From: Rhodothermales bacterium
Lineage (GTDB): Bacteria > Bacteroidota > Rhodothermia > Rhodothermales > JAHQVL01
NCBI GenBank assembly: GCA_041738655.1
Contig: JBGSPJ010000472.1
Location: 1-51,166 of the forward strand
DNA: 51,166 nucleotides
Direction: 5' to 3'
The notes beneath the pieces were generated by a model, which was given only the letters and a program-made list of their open reading frames with translations, did no database searches and had not been told where the DNA came from. How positions within the stretch are numbered: the first letter of the stretch is position 1; every line of letters begins with the position of its first letter. The position numbers were made by a program, and so were the translations under genes. Of this stretch, positions 1 to 8,581 are shown piece by piece.

Positions 1-369
1 GAGAACAAGCGCGCGTCGGTGGACTACACCGGCATTCCGAGCGCCGTGTTCACCTTGCCGCCGCTGGCGCGCGTCGGCCTGCTCGAAGCCGAGGCCCGCG
101 CCCAGGGGCTGGCGTTTCAGGTCAAGCACGAAAGCGTGCCCGGCTGGTTCACCGCGCGCCGCGTCAACGAGCCTTGCTACGGCTACAAGGTGCTGGTGGA
201 GGAGGGCAGCGGGCGCATCCTCGGCGCTCACCTGATCGGCCCGGACGCCGCAGAAGTGATCAACCTGTTCGGCTTCGCCATGCGCAGCAGACTCACCGCC
301 GACGCGATCCGCCACGCCACCTTCACCTATCCCACCGCGGCGTCGGATATCGAATCGATGCTGCCATGA
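1..369 (+). CDS. Pyridine nucleotide-disulfide oxidoreductase (glutathione reductase/MerA/Lpd family), C-terminal dimerisation domain; 5' end outside window
   Basis: IPSAVFTLPPLARVG...GRILGAHLIG...AEVIN...TYPT motifs; reading frame open from position 1. Confidence 0.85.
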   Translation, partial: ENKRASVDYTGIPSAVFTLPPLARVGLLEAEARAQGLAFQVKHESVPGWFTARRVNEPCYGYKVLVEEGSGRILGAHLIGPDAAEVINLFGFAMRSRLTADAIRHATFTYPTAASDIESMLP

Positions 370-963
370 AAGAGACAATTCAGACGTCCCTCGCTGCAGA
401 CGAGGCGCTGCACGATGGTTTGCAACACGCCGCTTTCGACTACTTCCTGAAGACGGTGAATCCGGCCAACTGACTGATTGCCGACACTTCGCGCGAGAAT
501 TCGCCGTGCAGCATCGGAGCGGTCGGGTTCGCGTTGTCGGCCTATCTGGTTGCAGTGGGGCGCGGCTGGATGGCGCGGGCCGATGCGGTCAAACGCAGCC
601 TCGCGACACTGGGTTCTTCCGCGACAGCGATCAGAGCAACAGCCCGGAGGCGACCGGTTTCAAAGGGTTCTACTACCACTTTCTCGATATGCATACCGGT
701 GCCCGCGTCTGGCGATCGGATCTGTCGACGATCGACACGGCATTTTTGATCGCTGACGCGTTGACCGCAGGTTGTTACTTCACCGCGACCACGCCCGAGG
801 AAACCGAACTGCGCGAACTCGTCGAAACGCTCTACCGTCGCGTTGACTGGCGATGGTCGCAGGGAGGGGCGGCCACGTTCAGGCAAGGCTGGAAATCCGA
901 ATGTGGATTCCTGAACTACGGGTGGGATGGTTACGACGAATCGATCGTCCTTTACATTCTCGC
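366..963 (+). pseudogene. Glycoamylase/GH144-like (DUF3131-type) glycoside hydrolase, N-terminal part, disrupted
   Basis: Reconstructed LQHAAFDYF..NPAN*LIADTSRENSPCSIGAVGFAL / KGFYYHFLDM..LSTIDTAFL..WDGYDE; in-frame TGA at 471-473, frameshift near 613, truncated; ATG overlaps upstream stop (ATGA). Confidence 0.75.
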
Positions 964-964
964 C

Positions 965-1345
965 CTCATCGCCACGGGCAGTGAACTCGGTCTCGCGGTC
1001 CAGGCGCACGAGTAACTTACAGCCGAGGGCAACTGTCCGCGCGTGGTGTCGATGCCTTCCTTTTCCTGGGACATTTTCGAAAAATAGTCGCAGGAATATC
1101 GGAACAGCGTTCTGCCACCCGAACTGAAGGCGCGCTACGCGATCGAGCAGGGTTCAACACTCGGTTGGGAGCGCTACGTCGGCGCATCCGGACAGGTTGT
1201 CGGCATGCAGACGTTTGGAGCCTCAGCGCCTCTCAAGGAACTGCAAAAGAAATTCGGTTTCGAACCATCTCGTCTTATGACGATCGCTAAAGAGTTGCTA
1301 ATGGGCGAAAGGACGGTCCGACAAGGTGCGTCGCCTACTCCTTAA
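965..1345 (+). pseudogene. tkt: Transketolase C-terminal domain fragment with internal stops
   Basis: Translates LIATGSELGLAVQAHE*LTAEG..RVVSMPS..WDIFEK*SQEYRNSVLP..AIEQGSTLGWERYVG..VGMQTFGASAPLKELQKKFGF. Confidence 0.85.
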
Positions 1346-1353
1346 ACCAGGGA

Positions 1354-1897
1354 GTGAATCACATGGACGACATGAACAAATCAAGTGAATCGGCGCACGC
1401 CGAGCGAACAAGCGCATCGGTTAAACAGGACGTCGGAAAAAAGGACGTCCGCGGCAATAGGATCGTTACTGTTGTTCGATGGCTGTCCATCTTGCTGATT
1501 CTCGCCTCGCTGCTGCTGATCGTTCGCGCGTTGCCGACCGGCCAGGCGATAGAAGCGATGAAAGGCTGGATCGGCGGACTGGGAATCTGGGGACCAATGG
1601 TCTTGGCGCTTGTGTACGTCGTAGTCACGGTGCTGTTCGTGCCGGGAGCGATTCTGACATTGGCCGCCGGGGCCTTGTTCGGATTGGTGGTCGGAACGAT
1701 CACGTCGACGCTGGGAGCCTCACCCGCCTTTCTGATCGCCCGCTCTATATGGCCCGTGACAAGGCGGCGGCAATGGCTGACCGCACCGCAAATTCGGCGC
1801 CTTGACGCTGAAACCAATCGTCGAACGCCTGCCGGTCCAGTCGATCATGGACATTCCCGCCGCGGAGCGCTGGGATGCGGTTCACTGGAAGGATTGA
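1354..1897 (+). pseudogene. TVP38/TMEM64 (VTT/DedA-like) membrane protein remnant followed by a DUF547-like fragment
   Basis: LGIWGPMV..YVVVTVLFVPGAILTLAAGALFG..STLGA..AFLIAR, then the frame breaks; 1802-1897 reads TLKPIVERLPVQSIMDIPAAERW (DUF547-like motif). Confidence 0.7.
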
Positions 1898-1932
1898 ACA
1901 GTATTGCCAACAAGCCGTCTCATTAAGCAAGG

Positions 1933-2257
1933 ATGGAGGACACCGCGCTGCAGGAAGAACACACCACACTCCTCGAAGAGCCGGTGATCGAGCGATTGCC
2001 GCAGACCAGTCCAGCGGACGAGTTTAATCGGGAGTTGTTTCGCAACGTTCATCCGGTGGACTGGGTGAACCCGAAGCCCGCCGGACGATACAACGTGGTC
2101 GTAATCGGAGCGGGAACCGCCGGCCTGGTGACTGCCGCCGGATCGGCCTGGGTGCCAAAGTCGCGTTGATCGAGCGCGACCTGATGGGCGGTGATTGCCT
2201 GAACGTCGGCTGCGTACTCTCCACGGGGATCATCAGCGCGGCCCGAATTGCAGCAGC
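1933..2257 (+). pseudogene. Mercuric reductase-like flavoprotein N-terminal fragment, frameshifted and cut by IS21
   Basis: HPVDWVNP..RYNVVVIGAGTAGLV then, in a shifted frame, LGAKVALIERDLMGGDCLNVGC; ends at the IS terminus. Confidence 0.85.
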
Positions 2258-2313
2258 TGTCAACGCCGACTGAAAATGTCCGGGTTTCGCCGACCGAAAA
2301 TGTCCGGGTTTTC
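2258..2313. repeat. IS21 right terminal inverted repeat with two transposase-binding units
   Basis: TGTCAACGCCGACTGAAAATGTCCGGGTTTCGCCGACCGAAAATGTCCGGGTTTT. Confidence 0.9.
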
Positions 2314-2349
2314 GGCTGAGGTGACGAGCCTCTTTGTTGTTGCGTCGGG

Positions 2350-3171
2350 TCAGTTGGTTGGTGTCGAGTTCGCTGTGGATTGCTCCTCGCGTAGACTGCT
2401 CCAGAGCTCGCGTTGATGACGGATTCTGTAGCTGTTTCCACGGATGGGAACGACGTGGCAGTGGTGTAGCAACCGGTCGATGAGCGCCGCCGCCATAACC
2501 TCGTCCCCGAAGATGGCGCCCCACTCCTCGAAGCCTTTGTTGCTTGTCAGGATGGTCGAGGCTGTTTCGTAGCGTCGGCTCATCAGCTGGAAGAACAGCA
2601 TGGCTCCGGTGCGCATGATCGGCAAGTATCCGATCTCGTCGACGACGAGGAGCGAGGGATACGTAAGCGCATTAAGCCGCTGCACCAGATGCCCGGCAGT
2701 CTGGGCTTCTTCCAGGCTGGCCACCAGTTCCGCCAGCGTGCCATAGTAGACCCGTCGCCCGTTCTGCGCGGCCCGTACGGCCAGGCTGATCGCCAGATGT
2801 GTTTTACCCACACCCGGCGGACCGAGCAAGATCACATTCTCCCGTCGCTCGACAAAGCCCAACTCATGCAGGCTCTCGATCTGCTCCCGTTTGATCGACG
2901 GCTGGAATGCGAAGTCGAAGTCGTCCAGCGTCTTGATGCCGGGTAAGCGGCTCGATCGAAGTGCTGTTTCCATGCGTCGACGATTGCGCAGCAAGACCTG
3001 GGCGCCGAGGAGTCGTTCGATGGCTTCACCTGCGGTGGTGCCGCCGCTATCGATGCCCTGCAGTACCTCGTCGAGTGATTCGAGGGCGCCCGGCATCTTC
3101 AGATCGGCGAGCATGCCACGCAGCCGGTCGCGGCGCGAGAAAGACGGATCGGGTAGGACAGTCTTCTTCAT
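2350..3171 (-). CDS. istB: IS21 helper ATPase IstB
   Basis: KTLDDFDF, Walker A GPPGVGKTHLA, Walker B LLVVDEIGY, ILTSN, DRLLHH, GNSYR. Confidence 0.97.
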   Translation of the reverse strand: MKKTVLPDPSFSRRDRLRGMLADLKMPGALESLDEVLQGIDSGGTTAGEAIERLLGAQVLLRNRRRMETALRSSRLPGIKTLDDFDFAFQPSIKREQIESLHELGFVERRENVILLGPPGVGKTHLAISLAVRAAQNGRRVYYGTLAELVASLEEAQTAGHLVQRLNALTYPSLLVVDEIGYLPIMRTGAMLFFQLMSRRYETASTILTSNKGFEEWGAIFGDEVMAAALIDRLLHHCHVVPIRGNSYRIRHQRELWSSLREEQSTANSTPTN

Positions 3172-3173
3172 TC

Positions 3174-4223
3174 TTACAGCCCTCCATACGCCGCGGCGTA
3201 CACGGAAAGTGGACGGCGTTCCACCTCAATCTTCGGTATCTCGAAGCGAGGAAGGGCGTCTCCCGAAGGCCTGGCCGCCGCGGACGATGTCATAGGTCCC
3301 AGCACGATCGAGCGGTACGATCGCTCGGCGAGTGGGGTCAGCAGCGTGGCCTCGTCACGCTCGAAGCGCACGCGAGGCACCTCCTTTGTCGTGGCATGCA
3401 GGCGGTCGTTGGCGCGCTCCTGCCACCGGGCGCGCTCCTCGTCCAGATGGGCATCGCCGAAAAAGTCGCGACCGTAAACGAAGTTCTCCCGGACGTAGCG
3501 GATCGGCCGCTCTACCTTGCCCTTCGTCTGGGCCCGATACGGGCGGCACGCACGCGGCCGGAAGCACCAGTGCGCGGCGAAGCGGAGAAACTCCTCGTTG
3601 ATGACGAGCTGACCGCCTAGAAGCCGCAGGTCTGCCGTGATGACCGCCTTCATCTGATCGAAGAGTAGTTCGTGCGGTACGCCGCCGAAGAATCGGAAGG
3701 CCTCCTCCAGACCGGCGAACAGCGTGCGCATGTCCTGGCGCTCGTAGTAGCGAAACCAGAGCAAGCGTGAGTAACCGAGCACGACGAGCAGCGCGTAGCG
3801 TTTGCCCCAGGGAAAATCGAACTCGGCGAAGTCGACTTGCGCCTGGTGAGCGGCTGGAGTCTCGAAGCGGATCACGGGGGCAGGCGTTGGCCGCGGCCGA
3901 ATGGCCGAAACGTAGGCCTTCAGCTGCGAGTAGCCTCCAGTGTATCCTCCGGCCCGAATCTCCTCCATCAGGCGGACACTCGAGAGCTCGGGGTAGGTGG
4001 CCAGCCTTGTTTGAATGAGGTCCTTGAAGGGATCCAGCTTGGTGCCCTTGACGGGCCGGGGAGTGTAGCGCGGCACCTCGTTGGGATCGCGATCAAGTTC
4101 GCCGTCGGCGATCCAGCGCCGGATGGTGCGTTCGTTGATGTCCAGGCGGCGGGCGATAGCCGCCTTGGACAGTCCTTGGGAAAGAAAATGCCTCAGTAGC
4201 ATACGGGTCTCGAGTCCGATCAC
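3174..4223 (-). CDS. istA: IS21 transposase IstA (start chosen at GTG 4223)
   Basis: N-terminal HTH, RFETPAAHQAQVDF, GYSR, FGGVP..LFDQMK, PYRAQTKGKVER, HATT. Confidence 0.95.
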   Translation of the reverse strand: MIGLETRMLLRHFLSQGLSKAAIARRLDINERTIRRWIADGELDRDPNEVPRYTPRPVKGTKLDPFKDLIQTRLATYPELSSVRLMEEIRAGGYTGGYSQLKAYVSAIRPRPTPAPVIRFETPAAHQAQVDFAEFDFPWGKRYALLVVLGYSRLLWFRYYERQDMRTLFAGLEEAFRFFGGVPHELLFDQMKAVITADLRLLGGQLVINEEFLRFAAHWCFRPRACRPYRAQTKGKVERPIRYVRENFVYGRDFFGDAHLDEERARWQERANDRLHATTKEVPRVRFERDEATLLTPLAERSYRSIVLGPMTSSAAARPSGDALPRFEIPKIEVERRPLSVYAAAYGGL

Positions 4224-4311
4224 GGGGGTCACCGATCTGTCAGTGGGACCCCCAAGTTCACAGTTTGACCGGACTGTCTCCACCCCATGCGAAGGCGTCC
4301 GGCCGCGATCA

Positions 4312-4366
4312 GAAACCCGGACATTTTCAGTCGGCGTTTTCCGGCAATTTACAACCGGCGCTTACA
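4312..4366. repeat. IS21 left terminal inverted repeat
   Basis: Reverse complement reads TGTAAGCGCCGGTTGTAAATTGCCGGAAAACGCCGACTGAAAATGTCCGGGTTTC. Confidence 0.9.
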
Positions 4367-4425
4367 AGGAGGTACGCCAGGCTCGCGAAGCACTCCTGAA
4401 AGAATTGATGGGGGCGCTGGGATGA
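4367..4425 (+). pseudogene. hsdM: 3' tail of a type I R-M methyltransferase gene (hsdM remnant)
   Basis: KEVRQAREALLKELMGALG* resembles type IB HsdM C-terminal helix; stop overlaps the hsdS start (ATGA). Confidence 0.5.
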
Positions 4426-6140
4426 GAGAGCTTGAGATACTGTCGGAGCGGTTCGAGGCTATAGTTCGTAGGCCTACGGCAATTAAGAAGATTCGGGGCC
4501 TAATTTTAGACATTGCCATAAGAGGTAAGCTGACTAGCTCAACCACTATGGAATCTGAAATTGATGAGACTTTCAGGAGATCTCAACAAAGCCATGAAAT
4601 ACTAAATGTTGAGCCAACTCGTGCTCAGGAACTTACAATAGTTGGTGATGATGAAAAGCCATATGAAGTACCAACAGATTGGACTTGGCAGCGTCTAGGC
4701 CAAGTATGTGACATAATCAGAGGAATCACATTTCCTGCGTCTGAAAAATTTCGGGCTTCAGCTCAAAACCGAATCGCTTGCCTGAGGACAGCGAGTATCC
4801 AGGATGAAGTTGATTGGGATGATCTAATATACATAGACACGGGGTTTGTAAAGAGGAAAGATCAGTATGTCCGTAAGGATGACATACTCATATCAATGGC
4901 AAATAGCTACTCTCTGGTGGGGAAGGTATCCCTAGTTAGAGAGGTGCCTATCGAAGCAACAATTGGTGGGTTCATAGCTATCATTAGACCCTTAGGTATG
5001 CTTGCAGAGTTTTTATATCTTGCGCTTTCCTCGCCAACATTTCAAGCTATGTTACGAGCTGGATCCAGTCAGACAACGAACATAGCAAACATTTCATTAT
5101 CTAAGATAAATCCTACATACATTGCTATACCAGGTTTTGAGGAACAGCGCCGGATCGTCGCCAAAGTCGACCAGTTGATGGCGCTGTGCGACGAGTTGGA
5201 GCGGCAGCAGGCCGAGCGCGAGCGCGTCCGCATGCAGGCGAATACCGCCGCCGTCCACACTCTCCTCCAGAGCGACAGCCCCACCGTATTCACCCGTAAC
5301 TGGCACCGCATCCGCGACCGCTTCGATCTCCTCTACAGCGACCCCGCCAACGTCCAGCAACTGCGCCAGGGGATTCTCCAGCTGGCGGTCCAGGGCAAGC
5401 TGGTGCCGCAGGATCCGGAGGATGAGCCGGCGGAGGAGTTGTTGAAGCGGATAGACGCGGAACGCGAGCAATTTGTTGAGGCTAAAAAGATACGACGACA
5501 GAAATATCTTGGGCCAGTCGCTGAGATTCCTTTTGCTATCCCAGACACATGGAAATGGCGCTACTTGGCGGATGTATGCTTCGTCATAACCGATGGGGCG
5601 CATCACACTCCAAAATACCAAGAATCTGGGGTGCCATTTCTTTCGGTTAAAGATGTGTCAAGCGGTATAATTTATTTTACCAATACACGAATGATCAGCG
5701 AAGCAGATCATCGTGAATTGAGTAAGCGATGTCACCCAGAAAAGGGGGATATATTACTCACAAAGGTTGGCACAACTGGGATTGCTGTCACCATTGATGA
5801 CAGTCGTGAATTCAGTATTTTTGTCAGTTTGGCTCTCCTTAAGTTTTCCCAGAAGAATATCGAGGGCAAATACCTGAAGTATTTGATCAATTCCCCGCAT
5901 GTAAGGCGGCAGTCTGCAGAAAATACACAGGGGATTGGCAATAAGAATCTCGTCTTGCGTCTCATACAGCGTTTCTCTGTTCCGATACCACCCCTCGCCG
6001 AACAGCGCCGCATCGTCGCCAAAGTCGATGAACTCATGCGGATGTGCGACGAACTCGAGTCCGGCCTCCGCGCGTCGCAGGAGGTCGCCGTGGCCCTGCT
6101 AGAGGCCGTCGTCGCCGGGGTGGTGCAGGCGAGCGCATAA
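4422..6140 (+). CDS. hsdS: Type I restriction-modification specificity subunit (EcoAI/type IB-like)
   Basis: Two TRDs, repeated EQRRIVAKVD.LM..CDELE, ILQLAVQGKLVPQDPEDEPAEELL..PFAIPDTWKW; true start ATG 4422. Confidence 0.95.
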   Translation: MRELEILSERFEAIVRRPTAIKKIRGLILDIAIRGKLTSSTTMESEIDETFRRSQQSHEILNVEPTRAQELTIVGDDEKPYEVPTDWTWQRLGQVCDIIRGITFPASEKFRASAQNRIACLRTASIQDEVDWDDLIYIDTGFVKRKDQYVRKDDILISMANSYSLVGKVSLVREVPIEATIGGFIAIIRPLGMLAEFLYLALSSPTFQAMLRAGSSQTTNIANISLSKINPTYIAIPGFEEQRRIVAKVDQLMALCDELERQQAERERVRMQANTAAVHTLLQSDSPTVFTRNWHRIRDRFDLLYSDPANVQQLRQGILQLAVQGKLVPQDPEDEPAEELLKRIDAEREQFVEAKKIRRQKYLGPVAEIPFAIPDTWKWRYLADVCFVITDGAHHTPKYQESGVPFLSVKDVSSGIIYFTNTRMISEADHRELSKRCHPEKGDILLTKVGTTGIAVTIDDSREFSIFVSLALLKFSQKNIEGKYLKYLINSPHVRRQSAENTQGIGNKNLVLRLIQRFSVPIPPLAEQRRIVAKVDELMRMCDELESGLRASQEVAVALLEAVVAGVVQASA

Positions 6141-6182
6141 GGAAGGGGCCTGCCCCAGCGAGTGGAACAGGCCCAAGTAGAT

Positions 6183-6214
6183 TTGCAAGGGTGCAACATT
6201 GCAACATTGCAACT
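6183..6214. repeat. Four tandem 8-mers (TTGCAACA consensus), iteron-like
   Basis: TTGCAAGG-GTGCAACA-TTGCAACA-TTGCAACT immediately downstream of the primase stop. Confidence 0.7.
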
Positions 6215-6222
6215 TCGGACTG

Positions 6223-8340
6223 CTATTCAGGCGTCTGGATCGATGACTCAGTTTTCTTCCGGAATACCCCGTGGCGCACCTTGACCACGCTACCGCGATC
6301 GAGAAGCCGCTTATGGCATGTGTCGGCAGAGCGCTCTTTGAATCCTATTCGGGAAGCAGCTGCGACGATTTCCGCTCTACGATACTCCGTATCCGGAAGC
6401 AATTCGAGCATGCGCTTCTCTGGCGATTCCTTCCGCCCACCCGCAAGTTCGCGGCTGAACGCAAACGCGTGTCGGACCAGCACCTTCGTCAATTCGATAG
6501 CCGCATCGACATCCCCATCTTCCGCTACGAGGCAGTTGATCACGTCAAGTCGAACGCCGCGGTCAAAGGCGCGTCGGACGGCGAATTGCATGGCGAATCG
6601 GATAGCCGAAATTCCGGCCCTGAGTGCGGATGCCCTCAAATACTCGTCATCCTCCATCTGCGCCAGATCGAACAGCTCTTCAACCATTGCATCGTGGCGC
6701 TCCCACTGCGGCGGCGACAGTTCGAAAAGCAGCTTCTCCGAACGTACGGCGAGGAGTTGGTACATAGCCAGGTTCAGGTTCTGCTCCCGTTCGAAGATCT
6801 CCTCGCGCTCGGCGTTACGTGTTGATGGTCGCTGCGATCGAGGTCGTGCAACGCCAGATATCCGGAATAGGTTGATTCTGGAATAGAGCCCGTTCTCTGT
6901 GCTTTGCAGGAAGCGCGTGCACTGGTCTGGCGTGCCTGTTATACAGGCGCTCAGTCTGGGATTTGCCACCCAAAGACGACCACCATCTACGCGATTTATC
7001 GATATGTCCTCATGCGATGCAGCCTGTCTAATGAGGTGCTTAAACTCCCCCCATTCCTGGCGCGTCGCGCTGTTGAGAACATCCGATTCGGACTCTACGA
7101 TGCAGCCACTTCCTCCGTTTGCCTGTAAACCATGGATCAAGGCCGAAGCACTCGTATTGCCTGGCAGGAAGAGACACCGAGTTTGCATGGGGTACACGGG
7201 CTCTTGGGCATGGCCCGCCAGGTGCTGCTCCACGCTCATCCCGATTCGTTTCCCGTAGTTCACGGCGATACTTTTATCAGACGCGGGTGGCCCGATGATG
7301 AAGTTGATCACGTCCGGGGCGTACTCGGCCGTCTCCATTTGCGTCCAGACATTGGGCATGCAGGCACCATCAACGGCCATCCTCGCGACCAGCAGAATGG
7401 TCTTCTGTTGCTTGCTCGAAAAGCAGTTTAACGTTCGCTGGATTGACTCTGGAAGCAGACCGAACACGTGATCCGGTACTTCCGGGTAGTCATCCAGTTG
7501 CTCCTGTCTTTCCGCCGGGGCATACCTGCTGACGCTGTGTGCTATCCGCTGAACCTCTTCCTCGGAAAGAGGGGGATTGCAGCGAAGACGGTTTTCTGCT
7601 TGTAGCGCGGCTCCAATAGCTTCTTCCGACATTCCACGGCGTCGCATGCTTCCTGCGAGGCTAGTTAGGCTTTCATTCCTGGATCCTTCCAGGAGCGTCT
7701 TGCCAACCGACCCTTCGCCAAGTTCCGGTCCCCTGCCTTGCAGCTCATCCAAGAGCCATTCGGGCGCCTCTGCGAGTTCCGCTTCATCTGGTGCCGAACC
7801 CAACTCCCACACGTAGCCTTTTCCTGATGCGTGCTGGCTCGGGGCTACGATGATGTAGCCTCCTTCTCCTCGTACGTCCAGTCCGCTGCCCAGCTTCCCG
7901 GCGCTGCATCGCACAGGCACGTCAGGGTGTCGGAAGAAGTAGTGTTTTCCTCCGCCTCCCGTCTCGGCAATGAGCGTGTCGGGCAAATCACCGTACGAAG
8001 TAATCAGGTCGTCAAGCGACTCGTAGCCACCACTGTGCAGATCCACGTCCAGTGCAAAAAGGCCGGATTTTGGTCCGGTCCGGACACCGATGTTGGCTTC
8101 GGGCCGGGTTGTCCACCACTTCCGGATCTGCTCGGGATCGATCGTGGCGTCGTTGAAACCATGGGGTGTTCGGGGATGCTTTCCTATGTTTGAACACCCG
8201 GAATTCCCGCAAGTACACGAGCCATCGTGGCGCGGGGTTTGTACGGGGAATACATACCAACCGAGCATTGCATAGCGGAGCGCTGCTTCGAGGTTGGCGT
8301 TGTGAGAGGAGCCTGTAGGCTCGGGTAGATGTCGTTCCAT
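6223..8340 (-). CDS. Bifunctional primase-polymerase (Prim-Pol) + PriCT-1 + DUF3987 helicase-like domain + C-terminal wHTH
   Basis: GKHP..HGFNDAT, NIGVRTG, LDVD, TGGGGKHYFF, GLDVRGEGGYIIVAPS.H; EGSRNESL..CNPPLSEEEV..IAHS; LPGNTSASALI, PRLSACITGTP, NGLYSR; GAGGA upstream of ATG 8340. Confidence 0.88.
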   Translation of the reverse strand: MERHLPEPTGSSHNANLEAALRYAMLGWYVFPVQTPRHDGSCTCGNSGCSNIGKHPRTPHGFNDATIDPEQIRKWWTTRPEANIGVRTGPKSGLFALDVDLHSGGYESLDDLITSYGDLPDTLIAETGGGGKHYFFRHPDVPVRCSAGKLGSGLDVRGEGGYIIVAPSQHASGKGYVWELGSAPDEAELAEAPEWLLDELQGRGPELGEGSVGKTLLEGSRNESLTSLAGSMRRRGMSEEAIGAALQAENRLRCNPPLSEEEVQRIAHSVSRYAPAERQEQLDDYPEVPDHVFGLLPESIQRTLNCFSSKQQKTILLVARMAVDGACMPNVWTQMETAEYAPDVINFIIGPPASDKSIAVNYGKRIGMSVEQHLAGHAQEPVYPMQTRCLFLPGNTSASALIHGLQANGGSGCIVESESDVLNSATRQEWGEFKHLIRQAASHEDISINRVDGGRLWVANPRLSACITGTPDQCTRFLQSTENGLYSRINLFRISGVARPRSQRPSTRNAEREEIFEREQNLNLAMYQLLAVRSEKLLFELSPPQWERHDAMVEELFDLAQMEDDEYLRASALRAGISAIRFAMQFAVRRAFDRGVRLDVINCLVAEDGDVDAAIELTKVLVRHAFAFSRELAGGRKESPEKRMLELLPDTEYRRAEIVAAASRIGFKERSADTCHKRLLDRGSVVKVRHGVFRKKTESSIQTPE

Positions 8341-8375
8341 CTCCTCAGTCCTCTTCTCGTGGCACATTCAAGACC

Positions 8376-8459
8376 GATCCCTGTCAACCCACGTTGCATC
8401 GCTCGCAGCGTGGGTTTTCTACTTTGGTCCGTTCGCGAAAGCGACCGAAGTGACGGATC
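8376..8459 (+). ncRNA. Candidate structured RNA (three-way junction) antisense to the primase leader
   Basis: Closing stem GATCC-GTCA/TGAC-GGATC encloses an 11-bp hairpin and a GAAA-tetraloop hairpin; G-U wobbles work only on the + strand. Confidence 0.4.
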
Positions 8460-8541
8460 CCGCTGGTTCAGTCCTGATAGGCCAGGTTGTAGTTGCTCGG
8501 TCGCCGGGAGAAAGGAACGACAAGGAGTAGGCCCAAGTCCA

Positions 8542-8581
8542 AAAAACCAAAAACCATCTGGGTACAAGGTTTTTGGTTTTT
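8542..8581. repeat. 14-bp perfect inverted repeat (operator or terminator)
   Basis: AAAAACCAAAAACC-N12-GGTTTTTGGTTTTT between the 8580 ORF stop and the primase leader. Confidence 0.7.

Larger units (their letters stand above)
2258..4366 (-). mobile_element. IS21-family insertion sequence
   Basis: TG...CA ends; imperfect terminal inverted repeats with reiterated CGCCGACTGAAAATGTCCGGGTTT units; contains istA-istB. Confidence 0.95.

Noticed and set aside
2258-2313. Tandem ~24-bp repeats as a mini-CRISPR
   Set aside because: No spacers; they are IS21 terminal transposase-binding units mirrored at 4312-4366
4287-4421. N-terminal extension of hsdS in the ORF track
   Set aside because: Runs through the IS end and hsdM tail; ATG 4422 with ATGA coupling is the better start
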